Source of the DNA: the human T2T-CHM13v2.0 reference genome, Homo sapiens
DNA: 64,000 bases
Assembly (NCBI GenBank): GCA_009914755.4
Contig: CP068257.2
Coordinates: 1,440,001-1,504,000, forward strand
Direction: 5' to 3'
Shown: positions 1 to 13,800 of the stretch, piece by piece
How the letters are laid out: the number at the start of each line of letters is the position of its first letter
Position numbering within the stretch: the first letter of the stretch is position 1
The notes under the pieces: generated by a model
What the model was told of the DNA's origin: nothing
The model's input: only the letters and a program-made list of their open reading frames with translations
Databases searched by the model: none
Position numbers and translations under genes: made by a program

Positions 1-313
1 CCAAGGTATATATTCTATACTGTACAAAAAATATCAAAGTACCCAAAGCATGTATTATATACTGTACATAAAATATGAATGTACATCAAATACATATTTT
101 ATTCTGTACATAAAATATCAAAGTACACCAAATATGTATTCTATAGTGTACATAAAATATCAAATTACCCAAACTATACATAACATACTGTACATAAAAT
201 ATGAAATTACATCAAATATATATTATATTAGGTACATAAAATATGAAAGTAACCCAAATATATATTATATACTGTACATGTAATATCAAAGTTCACAAAC
301 TATATATTATATA
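1..313. repeat. 8-monomer HOR variant (336 bp, truncated at the window edge); m7 and m8 are fused into one monomer (gtacataaaatatgaaagtaacccaaatatatattatata)
   Basis: The m1 motif at position 1 and the next m1 start at 314 imply a 336-bp unit. The fused monomer is seen at about 230-270. An identical copy lies at 50645-50957. Confidence 0.7.
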
Positions 314-818
314 CTGTACATAAAATATCAAAGTACCCAAGGTATATATTCTATACTGTATAAAAAACATCAAAGTACCCAAAGCATGTATTATATACTG
401 TACATAAAATATGAAACTACATCAAATATATATTTTATTCTGTACAAAAAATATCAAAGTACACCAGACATATTTTCTATAGTGTACATAAAATATCAAA
501 GTACCCAAAGCATGTATTATATACTGTACATAAAATATGAAAGTACATCAAATATATATTTTATTCTGTACATAAAATATCAAAGTACACCAGATATATA
601 TTCTATAGTGTACATAAAATACCAAAAGTACCCAAACTATACATTATATACTGTACATAAAATATGAAATTACATCAAATATATTTTATATTAGGTACAT
701 AAAATATGAAAGTACATCAAATATAGATTATATACTGTACATTAAATACCAAAGTACCCCAAATATATATTTTATACTGTACATGTAATATCAAAGTTCA
801 CACACTATATATTATATA
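314..818. repeat. 12-monomer HOR variant (~505 bp), with three extra monomers (m3'/m4'/m2-like: ...gaaactacatc... / ctgtacaaaaaatatcaaagtacaccagacatattttctata / ...cccaaagcatgtattatata) inserted after m2
   Basis: m1 starts at 314 and 819. The same 12-monomer variant recurs at about 2723-3227, 3984-4488, 7110-7615, 20000-20505, 26886-27390, 51000-51460 and 53367-53870, where the ORF track shows the ETTSNIYFILDKKYQSTPDIFSIV signature. Confidence 0.8.
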
Positions 819-1191
819 CTGTACATAAAATATCAAAGTACACAAGGTATATATTCTATACTGTACAAAAAATATCAAAGTACCCAAAGCATGTATTACA
901 TACTGTATACAAAATATGAAAATACATTAAATATATATTTTATTCTGTACATAAAATATCAAAGTACACCAGATATGTATTCTATAGTGTACATAAAATA
1001 ACAAAGTACACAAACTATAAATTATATACTGTACATAAAATATGAAATTACATCAAATATATATTAGGTACATAAAATATGAAAGTACATCAAATATAGA
1101 TTATATACTGTACATATAATATCAATGTACCCCAAATATATATTTTATACTCTACATGAAATATCAAAGTTCACAAACCATACATTATATA
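819..1191. repeat. 373-bp HOR variant carrying the short m6 form (…atcaaatatatattaggtacat… in place of …atatatattatattaggtacat…)
   Basis: m1 starts at 819, 1192 and 1565, giving spacings of 373 and 373. The 5-bp deletion is visible at about 1060-1070 and about 1436-1445. Confidence 0.75.
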
Positions 1192-1564
1192 CTGTACATA
1201 AAATATCAAAGTACCCAAGGTATATATTCTATACTGTACCAAAAATATCAAAGTACCCAAAGCATGTATTATATACTGTACATAAAATATGAAAGTACAT
1301 CAAATATATATTTTATTCTGTACATAAAATATCAAAGTACACCAGATATATATTCTGTAGTGTACATAAAATATCAAAGTACCCAAACTATACAGTATAT
1401 ACTGTACATAAAATATGAAATTACATCAAATATATATGAGGTACATAAAACATGAAAGTATATCAAATATAGATTATATACTGTACATATAATATCAATG
1501 AACCCCAAATATATATTTTATACTCTACATGAAATATCAAAATTCACAAACCATATATTATATA

Positions 1565-1606
1565 CTGTACATAAAATATCAAAGTACCCAAGGTATATAT
1601 TCTATA
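1565..1606. repeat. Representative 42-bp monomer (subtype m1: ctgtacataaaatatcaaagtacccaaggtatatattctata)
   Basis: Counted base by base from the line starting at 1561. Each following 42-bp step begins again with (c/g)tgtaca. Confidence 0.9.
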
Positions 1607-1942
1607 CTGTACAAAAAATATCAAAGTACCCAAAGCATGTATTATATACTGTACATAAAATATGAAAGTACATCAAATATATATTTTATTCTGTACATAA
1701 AATATCAAAGTACACCAGATATATATTCTATAGTGTACATAAAATATCAAAGTACCCAAACTATACATTATATACTGTACATAAAATATGAAATTACATC
1801 AAATATATATTATATTAGGTACATAAAATATGAAAGCACATCAAATATAGATTATATACTGTACATTAAATACCAAAGTACCCCAAATATATATTTTATA
1901 CTGTACATCAAATATCAAAGTTCACAAACTATATATTATATA
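1565..1942. repeat. Representative 9-monomer higher-order repeat unit, 378 bp (m1-m9; m6 is 44 bp and m7 is 40 bp, the rest 42 bp)
   Basis: The m1 diagnostic 'cccaaggtatatattctata' recurs at 1565 and 1943, a spacing of 378. The intervening monomers are the subtypes ...cccaaagcatgtattatata / ...gaaagtacatcaaatatatattttatt / ...caccagatatatattctata / ...cccaaactatacattatata / ...gaaattacatcaaatatatattatattag / gtacataaaatatgaaagtacatcaaatatagattatata / ...cattaaataccaaagtaccccaaatatatattttata / ...catgaaatatcaaagttcacaaactatatattatata. Confidence 0.85.
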
Positions 1943-2503
1943 CTGTACATAAAATATCAAAGTACCCAAGGTATATATTCTATACTGCACAAAAAATATC
2001 AAAGTACCCAAAGCATGTATTATATACTGTACATAAAATATGAAAGTACATCAAATATATATTTTATTCTGTACATAAAACATCAAAGTACACCAGATAT
2101 ATATTCTATAGCGTACATAAAATATCAAAGTACCCAAACTATACATTATACACTGTACATAAAATATGAAATTACATCAAATATATATTATATTAGGTAC
2201 ATAAAATATGAAAGTACATCAAATATAGATTATATACTGCACATAAAATATCAAAGTACCCCAAATATATATTATATACTCTACATGAAATATCAAAGTT
2301 CACAAACTATATATTATATACTGTACATAAAATATCAAAGTACCCAAGGTATATATTCTATACTTTACAAAAAATATCAAAGTATCCAAAGCATGTATTA
2401 TATACTGTATATAAAATATGAAAGTACATCAAATATATATTTTATTCTGTACATAAAATATCAAAGTACACCAGATATATATTCTATAGTGTACATAAAA
2501 TAA

Positions 2504-5025
2504 CAAAGTACACAAACTATAAATTATATACTGTACATAAAATATGAAATTTCATCAAATATATATTATATTAGGTACAGAAAATATGAAAGTACATCAA
2601 ATATAGATTGTATACTGTACATAAAATACCAAAGTACCCCAAATATATATATTATACTGTACATGAAATATCAAAGTTCACAAACCATATATTATATACT
2701 GTACATAAAATATCAAAGTACCCAAGGTATATATTCTATACTGTACAAAAAATATCAAAGTACCCAAAGCATGTATTATATACTGTACATAAAATATGAA
2801 ACTACATCAAATATATATTTTATTCTGGACAAAAAATATCAAAGTACACCAGACATATTTTCTATAGTGTACATAAAATATCAAAGTACCCAAAGCATGT
2901 ATTATATACTGTACATAAAATATGAAAGTACATCAAATATATATTTTATTCTGTACATAAAATATCAAAGTACACCAGATATATATTCTATAGTGTACAT
3001 AAAATATCAAAAGTACCCAAACTATACATTATATACTGTACATAAAATATGAACTTACATCAAATATATATTATATTAGGTACATAAAATATGAAAGTAC
3101 ATCAAATATAGATTATATACTGTACATTAAATACCAAAGTACCCCAAATATATATTTTATACTCTACATGTAATATCAAAGTTCACACACTATATATTAT
3201 ATACTGTACATAAAATATCAAAGTACCCAAGGTATATATTCTATACTGTACAAAAAACATCAAAGTACCCAAAGCATGTATTATATACTGTACATAAAAT
3301 ATGAAAGTACATCAAATATATATTTTATTCTGTACATAAAATATCAAAGTACACCAGATATATATTCTATAGTGTATATAAAATATCAAAGTACCCAAAC
3401 TATACATTATATACTGTACATAAAATATGAAATTACATCAAATATATATTATATTAGGTACATAAAATATGAAAGTACATCAAATATAGATTATATACTG
3501 TACATAAAATATCAAAGTACCCCAAAGATATATTATATACTCTACATGAAATATCAAAGTTCACAAACTATATATTATATACTGTACATAAAATATCAAA
3601 GTACCCAAGGTATATATTCTATACTGTACAAAAAATATCAAAGTATCCAAAGCATGTATTATATACTGTATATAAAATATGAAAGTACATCAAATATATA
3701 TTTTATTCTGTACATAAAATATCAAAGTACACCAGATATATATTCTATAGTGTACATAAAATAACAAAGTACACAAACTATAAATTATATACTGTACATA
3801 AAATATGAAATTTCATCAAATATATATTATATTAGGTACAGAAAATATGAAAGTACATCAAATATAGATTGTATACTGTACATAAAATACCAAAGTACCC
3901 CAAATATATATATTATACTGTACATGAAATATCAAAGTTCACAAACCATATATTATATACTGTACATAAAATATCAAAGTACCCAAGGTATATATTCTAT
4001 ACTGTACAAAAAATATCAAAGTACCCAAAGCATGTATTATATACTGTACATAAAATATGAAACTACATCAAATATATATTTTATTCTGGACAAAAAATAT
4101 CAAAGTACACCAGACATATTTTCTATAGTGTACATAAAATATCAAAGTACCCAAAGCATGTATTATATACTGTACATAAAATATGAAAGTACATCAAATA
4201 TATATTTTATTCTGTACATAAAATATCAAAGTACACCAGATATATATTCTATAGTGTACATAAAATATCAAAAGTACCCAAACTATACATTATATACTGT
4301 ACATAAAATATGAACTTACATCAAATATATATTATATTAGGTACATAAAATATGAAAGTACATCAAATATAGATTATATACTGTACATTAAATATCAAAG
4401 TACCCCAAATATATATTTTATACTCTACATGAAATATCAAAGTTCACACACTATATATTATATACTGTACATAAAATATCAAAGTACCCAAGGTATATAT
4501 TCTATACTGTACAAAAAACATCAAAGTACCCAAAGCATGTATTATATACTGTACATAAAATATGAAAGTACATCAAATATATATTTTATTCTGTACATAA
4601 AATATCAAAGTACACCAGATATATATTCTATAGTGTATATAAAATATCAAAGTACCCAAACTATACATTATATACTGTACATAAAATATGAAATTACATC
4701 AAATATATATTATATTAGGTACATAAAATATGAAAGTACATCAAATATAGATTATATACTGTACATAAAATATCAAAGTACCCCAAAGATATATTATATA
4801 CTCTACATGAAATATCAAAGTTCACAAACTATATATTATATACTGTACATAAAATATCAAAGTACCCAAGGTATATATTCTATACTGTACAAAAAATATC
4901 AAAGTACCCAAAGCATGTATTATATACTGTATATAAAATATGAAAGTACATCAAATATATATTTTATTCTGTACATAAAATATCAAAGTACACCAGATAT
5001 ATATTCTATAGTGTACATAAAATAA
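2504..5025. repeat. Two tandem copies of a 1,261-bp super-unit (30 monomers: one 12-monomer HOR plus two 9-monomer HORs), at 2504-3764 and 3765-5025
   Basis: ORF pairs at +1,261 are identical: 2608..2799 = 3869..4060 and 2663..3052 = 3924..4313. ORF ends at 2503, 3764 and 5025 carry the same C-terminal sequence. The same doublet occurs at 53148-55669. Confidence 0.85.
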
Positions 5026-5449
5026 CAAAGTACACAAACTATAAATTATATACTGTACATAAAATATGAAATTACATCAAATATATATTAGGTACATAAA
5101 ATATGAAAGTACATCAAATATAGATTATATACTGTACATATAATATCAATGTACCCCAAATATATATTTTATACTCTACATGAAATATCAAAGTTCACAA
5201 ACCATATATTATATACTGTACATAAAATATCAAAGTACCCAAGGTATATATTCTATACTATACAAAAAATATCAAAGTACCCAAAGCATGTATTATATAC
5301 TGTACATAAAATATGAAAGTACATCAAATATATATTTTATTCTTTACATAATATATCAAAGTACACCAGATATATATTCTATAGTGTACATAAAATATAA
5401 AAGTACCAAAACTATACATTATATACTGTACATAAAATATGAAATTACA

Positions 5450-8400
5450 TCAAATATATATTATATTAGGTACATAAAATATGAAAGTACATCAAATATA
5501 GATTATATACTGTACATAAAATATCAAAGTACCCGAAATATATATTATATACTCTACATGAAATATCAAAGTTCACAAACTATATATTATATACTGTACA
5601 TAAAATATCAAAGTACCCAAGGTATATATTCTGTAATGTACAAAAAATATCAAAGTATCCAAAGCATGTATTATACACTGTATATAAAATATGAAATTAC
5701 ATTAAATATATATTTTATTCTGTACATAAAATATCAAAGTACACCAGATATATATTCTATAGTGTCTATAAAATTACAAAATACACAAACTATAAATTAT
5801 ATACTGTACATAAAATATGAAATTACATCAAATATATATTAGGTACATAAAATATGAAAGTACATCAAATATAGATTATATACTGTACATATAATATCAA
5901 TGTACCCCAAATATATATTTTATACTCTACATGAAATATCAAAGTTCACAAACCATACATTATATACTGTACATAAAATATCAAATTACCCAAGGTATAT
6001 ATTCTATACTGTACAAAAAATATCAAAGTACCCAAAGCATGTATTATATACTGTACATAAAATATGAAAGTACATCAAATATATATTTTATTCTGTACAT
6101 AAAATATCAAAGTACACCAGATATATATTCTATAGTGTACATAAAATATCAAATTACCCAAACTATACATTATATACTGTACATAAAATATGAAATTACA
6201 TCAAATATATATTATATTAGGTACATAAAATATGAAAGTACATCAAATATAGATTATATACTGTACATAAAATATCAAAGTACCCAAATATATATTATAT
6301 ACTCTACATGAAATATCAAAGTTCACAAACTATATATTATATACTATACATAAAATATCAAAGTACCCAAGGTATATATTCTATACTGTACAAAAAATAT
6401 CAAAGTACCCAAAGCATGTATTATATACTGTACATAAAATATGAAAGTACATCAAATATATATTTTATTCTGTACATAAAATATCAAAGTACACCAGATA
6501 TATATTCTATAGTGTACATAAAATAACAAAGTACACAAACTATAAATTATATACTGTACATAAAATATGAAATTACATCAAATATATATTAGGTACATAA
6601 AATATGAAAGTACATCAAATATAGATTATATACTGTACATAAAATATCAAAGTACCCCAAATATATATTATATACTGTACATGAAATATCAAAGTTCACA
6701 AACTATATATTATATACTGTACATAAAATATCAAAGTACCCGAGGTATATATTCTATACTGTACAAAAAATATCAAAGTACCCAAAACATGTATTATATA
6801 CTGTACATAAAATATGAAAGTACATCAAATATATATTTTATTCTGTACATAAAATATCAAAGTACACCAGATATATATTCTATAGTGTACATAAAATAAC
6901 AAAGTACACAAACGATAAATTATATACTGTACATAAAATATGACATTACATCAAATATATATTAGGTACATAAAATATGAAAGTACATCAAATATAGATT
7001 ATATACTGTACATAAAATATCAATGTACCCCAAATATATATTTTATACTCTACATGAAATATCAAAGTTCACAAACCATATATTATATACTGTACATATA
7101 ATATCAAAGTACCCAAGGTATATATTCTATACAGTACAAAAAATATCAAAGTACCCAAAGCATGTATTTTATACTGTACATAAAATATGAAACTACATCA
7201 AATATATATTTTATTCTGGACAAAAAATATCAAAGTACACCAGACATATTTTCTATAGTGTACATAAAATATCAAAGTACCCAAAGCATGTATTATATAC
7301 TGTACATAAAATATGAAAGTACATCAAATATATATTTTATTCTGTACATAAAATATCAAAGTACACCAGATATATATTCTATAGTGTACATAAAATATCA
7401 AAAGTACCCAAACTATACATTATATACTGTACATAAAATATGAACTTACATCAAATATATATTATATTAGGTACATAAAATATGAAAGTACATCAAATAT
7501 AGATTATATACTGTATATTAAATACCAAAGTACCCCAAATATATATTTTATACTGTACATGTAATATCAAAGTTCACACACTATATATTATATACTGTAC
7601 ATAAAATATCAAAGTACCCAAGGTATATATTCTATACTGTACAAAAAACATCAAAGTACCCAAAGCATGTATTATATACTGTACATAAAATATGAAAGTA
7701 CATCAAATATATATTTTATTCTGTACATAAAATATCAAAGTACACCAGATATATATTCTATAGTGTATATAAAATATCAAAGTACCCAAACTATAAATTA
7801 TATACTGTACATAAAATATGAAATTACATCAAATATATATTATATTAGGTACATAAAATATGAAAGTACATCAAATATAGATTATATACTGTACATAAAA
7901 TATCAAAGTACCCCAAAGATATATTATATACTCTACATGAAATATCAAAGTTCACAAACTATATATTATATACTGTACATAAAATATCAAAGTACCCAAG
8001 GTATATATTCTATACTGTACAAAAAATATCAAAGTACCCAAAGCATGTATTATATACTGTATATAAAATATGAAAGTACATCAAATATATATTTTATTCT
8101 GTACATAAAATATCAAAGTACACCAGATATATATTCTATAGTGTACATAAAATAACAAAGTACACAAACTATAAATTATATACTGTACGTAAAATATGAA
8201 ATTACATCAAATATATATTAGGTACATAAAATATGAAAGTACATCAAATATAGATTATATACTGTACATATATTATCAATGTACCCCAAATATATATTTT
8301 ATACTCTACATGAAATATCAAAGTTCAGAAACCATATATTATATACTGTACATAAAATATCAAAGTACCCAAGGTATATATTCTATACTGTACAAAAAAT

Positions 8401-11400
8401 ATCAAAGTACCCAAAGCATGTATTATATACTGTACATAAAATATGAAAGCACATCAAATATATATTTTATTCTGTACATAAAACATCAAAGTACACCAGA
8501 TATATATTCTATACTGTACAAAAAATATCAAAGTACCCAAAGCATGTATTATATACTGTACATAAAATATGAAATTACATCAAATATATATTATATTAGG
8601 TACATAAAATATGAAAGCACATCAAATATAGATTATATACTGTACATTAAATACCAAAGTAACACAAATATATATTTTATACTGTACATCAAATATCAAA
8701 GTTCACAAACTATATATTATATACTGTACATAAAATATCAAAGTACCCAAGGTATGTATTCTATACTGTATAAAAAATATCAAAGTACCCAAAGCATGTA
8801 TTATATACTGTACATAAAATATGAAAGTACATCAAATATATATTTTATTCTGTACATAAAATATCAAAGTACACCAGATATATATTCTATAGTGTACATA
8901 AAATATCAAAGTACCCAAACTATACATTATATACTGTACATAAAATATGAGATTACATCAAATATATATAATATTAGCTACATAAAATATGAAAGTACAT
9001 CAGATATAGATTATATACTGTACAAAAAATATCAAAGTACCCCAAATATATATTATATTCTCTACATGAAATATCAAAGTTCACAAACTATATATTATAT
9101 ACTGTACATAAAATATCAAAGTACCCATGGTATATATTCTATACTGTACAAAAAATATCAAAGTACCCAAAGCATGTATTATATACTGTATACAAAATAT
9201 GAAAATACATTAAATATATATTTTATTCTGTACATAAAATATCAAAGTACACCAGATATGTATTCTATAGTGTACATAAAATAACAAAGTACACAAACTA
9301 TAAATTATATACTGTACGTAAAATATGAAATTACATCAAATATATATTAGGTACATAAAATATGAAAGTACATCAAATATAGATTATATACTGTACATAT
9401 AATATCAATGTACCCCAAATATATATTTTATACTCTACATGAAATATCAAAGTTCACAAACCATACATTATATACTGTACATAAAATATCAAAGTACCCA
9501 AGGTATATATTCTATACTGTACGAAAAATATCAAAGTACCCAAAGCATGTATTATATACTGTACATAAAATATGAAAGTACATCAAATATATATTTTATT
9601 CTGTACATAAAATATCAAAGTACACCAGATATATATTCTATAGTGTACATAAAATATCAAAGTACCCAAACTATACATTATATACTGTACATAAAATATG
9701 AAATTACATCAAATATATATTAGGTACATAAAATATGAAAGTATATCAAATATAGATTATATACTGTACATATAATATCAATGTACCCCAAATATATATT
9801 TTATACTCTACATGAAATATCAAAATTCACAAACTATATATTATATACTGTACATAAAATATCAAAGTACCCAAGTTATATATTCTATACTGTACAAAAA
9901 ATATCAAAGTACCCAAAGCATGTTTTATATACTGTACATAAAATATGAAAGTACATCAAATATATATTTTATTCTGTAAATAAAATATCAAAGTACACCA
10001 GATATATATTCTATAGTGTACATAAAATATCAATGTACCCAAACTATACATTATATACTGTACATAAAATATGAAATTACATCAAATATATATTATATTA
10101 GGTACATAAAATATGAAAGCACATCAAATATAGATTATATACTGTACATTAAATGCCAAAGTACCCCAAATATATATTTTATACTGTACATCAAATATCA
10201 AAGTTCACAAACTATATATTATATACTGTACATAAAATATCAAAGTACCCAAGGTATATATTCTATACTGTACAAAAAATATCAAAGTATCCAAAGCATG
10301 TATTATATACTTTATATAAAATATGAAAGTACGTCAAATATATATTTTATTCTGTACATAAAATATCAAAGTACACCAGATATATATTCTATAGTGTACA
10401 TAAAATAACAAAGTACACAAACTATAAATTATATACTGTACATAAAATATGAAATTACATCAAATATATATTAGGTACATAAAATATGAAAGTACATCAA
10501 ATATAGATTATATACTGTACATATAATATCAATGTACCCCAAATATATATTTTATACTCTACATGAAATATCAAAGTTCACAAACCATATATTATATACT
10601 GTACATAAAATATCAAAGTACCCAAGGTATATATTCTATACTATACAAAAAGTGTCAAAGTACCCAAAGCATGTATTATATACTGTACCTAAAATATGAA
10701 AGTACATCAAATATATATTTTATTCTGTACATAAAATATCAAAGTACACCAGATATATATTCTATACTGTACATAAAATATCAAAGTACCCAAACTATAT
10801 ATTATATACTGTACATAAAATATGAAATTACATCAAATATATTTTATATTAGGTACATAAAATATGAAAGTACATCAAATATAGATTATATACTGTACAT
10901 TAAATACCAAAGTACCCCAAATATATATTTTATACTGTACATAAAATATCAAAGTTCACAAACTATATATTATATACTGTACATATAATATCAAAGTACC
11001 CAGGGTATATATTCTATACTGTACAAAAAATAACAAAGTACCAAAAGCATGTATAATATACTGTACATAAAATTTGAAAGTACATCAAATATATATTTTA
11101 TTCTGTACATAAAATATCAAAGTACACCCGATATATATTCTATAGTGTACATAAAATATCAAAGTACCCAAACTATACATTATATACCGTACATAAAATA
11201 TGAAATTACATCAAATATATATTAGGTTCATAAAATATGAAAGTACATCAAATATAGATTATATACTGTACATTAAATACCAAAGTACCCCAAATATATA
11301 TTTTATACTCTACATGAAATATCAAAGTTCACAAACTATATATTATATACTGTACATATAATATCAAAGTACCCAAGGTATATATTCTATACTGTACAAA

Positions 11401-12240
11401 AAATAACAAAGTACCAAAAGCATGTATAATATACTGTACATAAAATATGAAAGTACATCAAATATATATTTTATTCTGTACATAAAATATCAAAGTACAC
11501 CAGATATATATTCTATAGTGTACATAAAATATCAAAGTACCCAAACTATACATTATATACTGTAAATAAAATATGAAATTACATCAAATATATTTTATAT
11601 TAGGTACCTAAAATATGAAAGTACATCAAATATAGATTATATACTGTACATTAAATACCAAAGTACCCCAAATATATATTTTATACTGTACATGAAATAT
11701 CAAAGTTCACAAACTATATATTATATACTGTACATAAATTATCAAAGTACCCAAGGTATATATTCTATACTGTACAAAAAATATCAAAGTACCCAAAGCA
11801 TGTATTATATACTGTACATAAAATATGAAAGTACATCAAATATATATTTTATTCTGTACATAAAATATCAAAGTACACCAGATATATATTTTATAGTGTA
11901 CATAAAATAACGAAGTACCCAAACTATAAATTATATACTGTACATAAAATATGAAATTACATCAAATATATATTAGGTACATAAAATATGAAAGTACATC
12001 AAATATAGATTATATACTGTACATAAAATATCAATGTACCCCAAATATATATTTTATACTGTACATGAAATATCAAAGTTCACAAACCATATATTGTATA
12101 CTGTACATAAAATATCAAAGTACCCAAGGTATGTATTCTATACTGTACAAAAAATATCAAAGTACCCAAAGCATGTATTATATAGTGTACATAAAATATG
12201 AAAGTACATCAAATATATATTTTATTCTGTACATAAAATA
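5450..12240. repeat. About 6.8-kb block repeated at about 25230-32020 (offset 19,776). Boundaries are approximate and mosaic
   Basis: ORF correspondences at +19,776: 5931/25707, 6308/26084, 6567/26343, 7162/26938, 7667/27443, 9439/29215, 10016/29792, 10563/30339, 11692/31468 and the start of 11951/31727. The marker aggttcat lies at 11224 and 31000. Confidence 0.8.
6420..9640. repeat. About 3.2-kb block present three times within the window plus once in the large terminal repeat: about 6420-9640, 19310-22530 (+12,890), 26196-29416 (+19,776) and 57064-60284 (+50,644). Boundaries are approximate
   Basis: Identical ORF translations: 6567/19457/26343/57211 (110 aa), 7162/20052/26938/57806 (93 aa) and 8196/21086/58840 (362 aa, with the first 163 aa also at 27972). 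The shared private variant 'aaacgataaat' occurs at about 6913, 19803, 26689 and 57557. Confidence 0.8.
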
Positions 12241-13800
12241 CCAAAGAACACCAGATATATATTCTATAGTGTACATAAAATATCAAAGTACACAAACTAT
12301 ACATTATATACTGTACATAAAATATGAAATTACATCAAATATATATTATATTAGGTACATAAAATATGAAAGTACATCAAATATAGATTATATACTGTAC
12401 ATAAAATATCAAAGTACCCCAAATATATATTATATACTCTACCTGAAATATCAAAGTTCACAAACTATATATTATATACTGTACATAAAATAAAGTACAC
12501 AAAGTATATATTCTATACTGTACAAAAAATATCAAAGTACCCAAAGCATGTATTATATACTGTACATAAAATATGAAAGTACATCAAATATATATTTTAT
12601 TCTGTACATAAAATATCAAAGTACACCAGATATATATTCTATAGTGTACATAAAATATGAAAGTACCCAAACTATACATTATATACTGTACATAAAATAT
12701 GAAATTACATCAAATATATATTATATTAGGTACATAAAATATGGAAGTACATCAAATATAGATTATATACTGTACATAAAATATCAAGGTACCCCAAATA
12801 TATATTATATACTCTACATGAAATATCAAAGTTCACAAACTATATATTATATACTGTACATAAAATATCAAAGTACCCAAGGTATATATTCCATACTGCA
12901 CAAAAAATTTCAAAGCACCCAAAGCATGTATTATATACTGTATATAAAATATGAAAGTACATCAAATATATATTTTATTCTGTACATAAAATATCAAAGT
13001 ACACCAGATATATATTCTATAGTGTACATAAAATAACAAAGTACACAAACTATAAATTATATACTGTACATAAAATATGAAATTACATCAAATATATATT
13101 AGGTACATAAAATATGAAAGTACATCAAATATAGATTATATACTGTACATAAAATATCAAAGTACCCCAAATATATATTATATACTCTACATGAAATATC
13201 AAAGTTCACAAACTATATATTATATACTGTACATAAAATATCAAATTACCCAAGGTATATATTCTATACTGTACAAAAAATATCAAAGTACCCAAAGCAT
13301 GTATTATATACTGTACATAAAATATGAAAGTACATCAAATATATATTTTATTCTGTACATAAATCATCAAAGTACACCAGATATATATTCTATAGTGTAC
13401 ATAAAATATAAAAGTACCGAAACTATACATTATATACTGTACATAAAATATGAAATTACATCAAATATATATTATATTAGGTACATAATATATGAAAGTA
13501 CATCAAATATAGATTATATACTGTACATAAAATATCAAAGTACCCGAAATATATATTATATACTCTACATGAAATATCAAAGTTCACAAACTATATATTA
13601 TATACTGTACATAAAATATCAAAGTACCCAAGGTATATATTCTGTAATGTACAAAAAATATCAAAGTATCCAAAGCATGTATTATACACTGTATATAAAA
13701 TATGAAAGTACATTAAATATATATTTTATTCTGTACATAAAATATCAAAGTACACCAGATATATATTCTATAGTGTCTATAAAATAACAAAATACACAAA
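8200..13800. repeat. About 5.6-kb block tandemly repeated at about 13830-19430 (offset 5,630), with slightly more divergence than the other block pairs
   Basis: ORF correspondences at +5,630: 11692/17322, 11951/17581, 12548/18178 and 13077/18707. ORF ends match at 9284/14914, 10408/16038 and 10988/16618. The marker 'attaggttcat' lies at 11224 and 16854. Small differences are visible, for example a 2-bp deletion near 14005 and IKYQRTPD versus INYQRTPD. Confidence 0.75.

Larger units (their letters stand above)
1..13356. repeat. Copy 1 of a large segmental repeat, near-identical to 50645-64000 (offset 50,644 bp)
   Basis: Window start 'ccaaggtatatattctatactgtacaaaaaatatcaaag...' equals the sequence from 50645. 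ORF-track pairs at constant +50,644 offset have identical translations: 1156/51800, 1529/52173, 2608/53252, 3276/53920, 5180/55824, 5931/56575, 6567/57211, 7162/57806, 8196/58840 (362 aa), 10016/60660, 11951/62595 and 12548/63192. Private variants such as aaacgataaat…atgacattac at about 6913 recur at about 57557. Confidence 0.9.
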
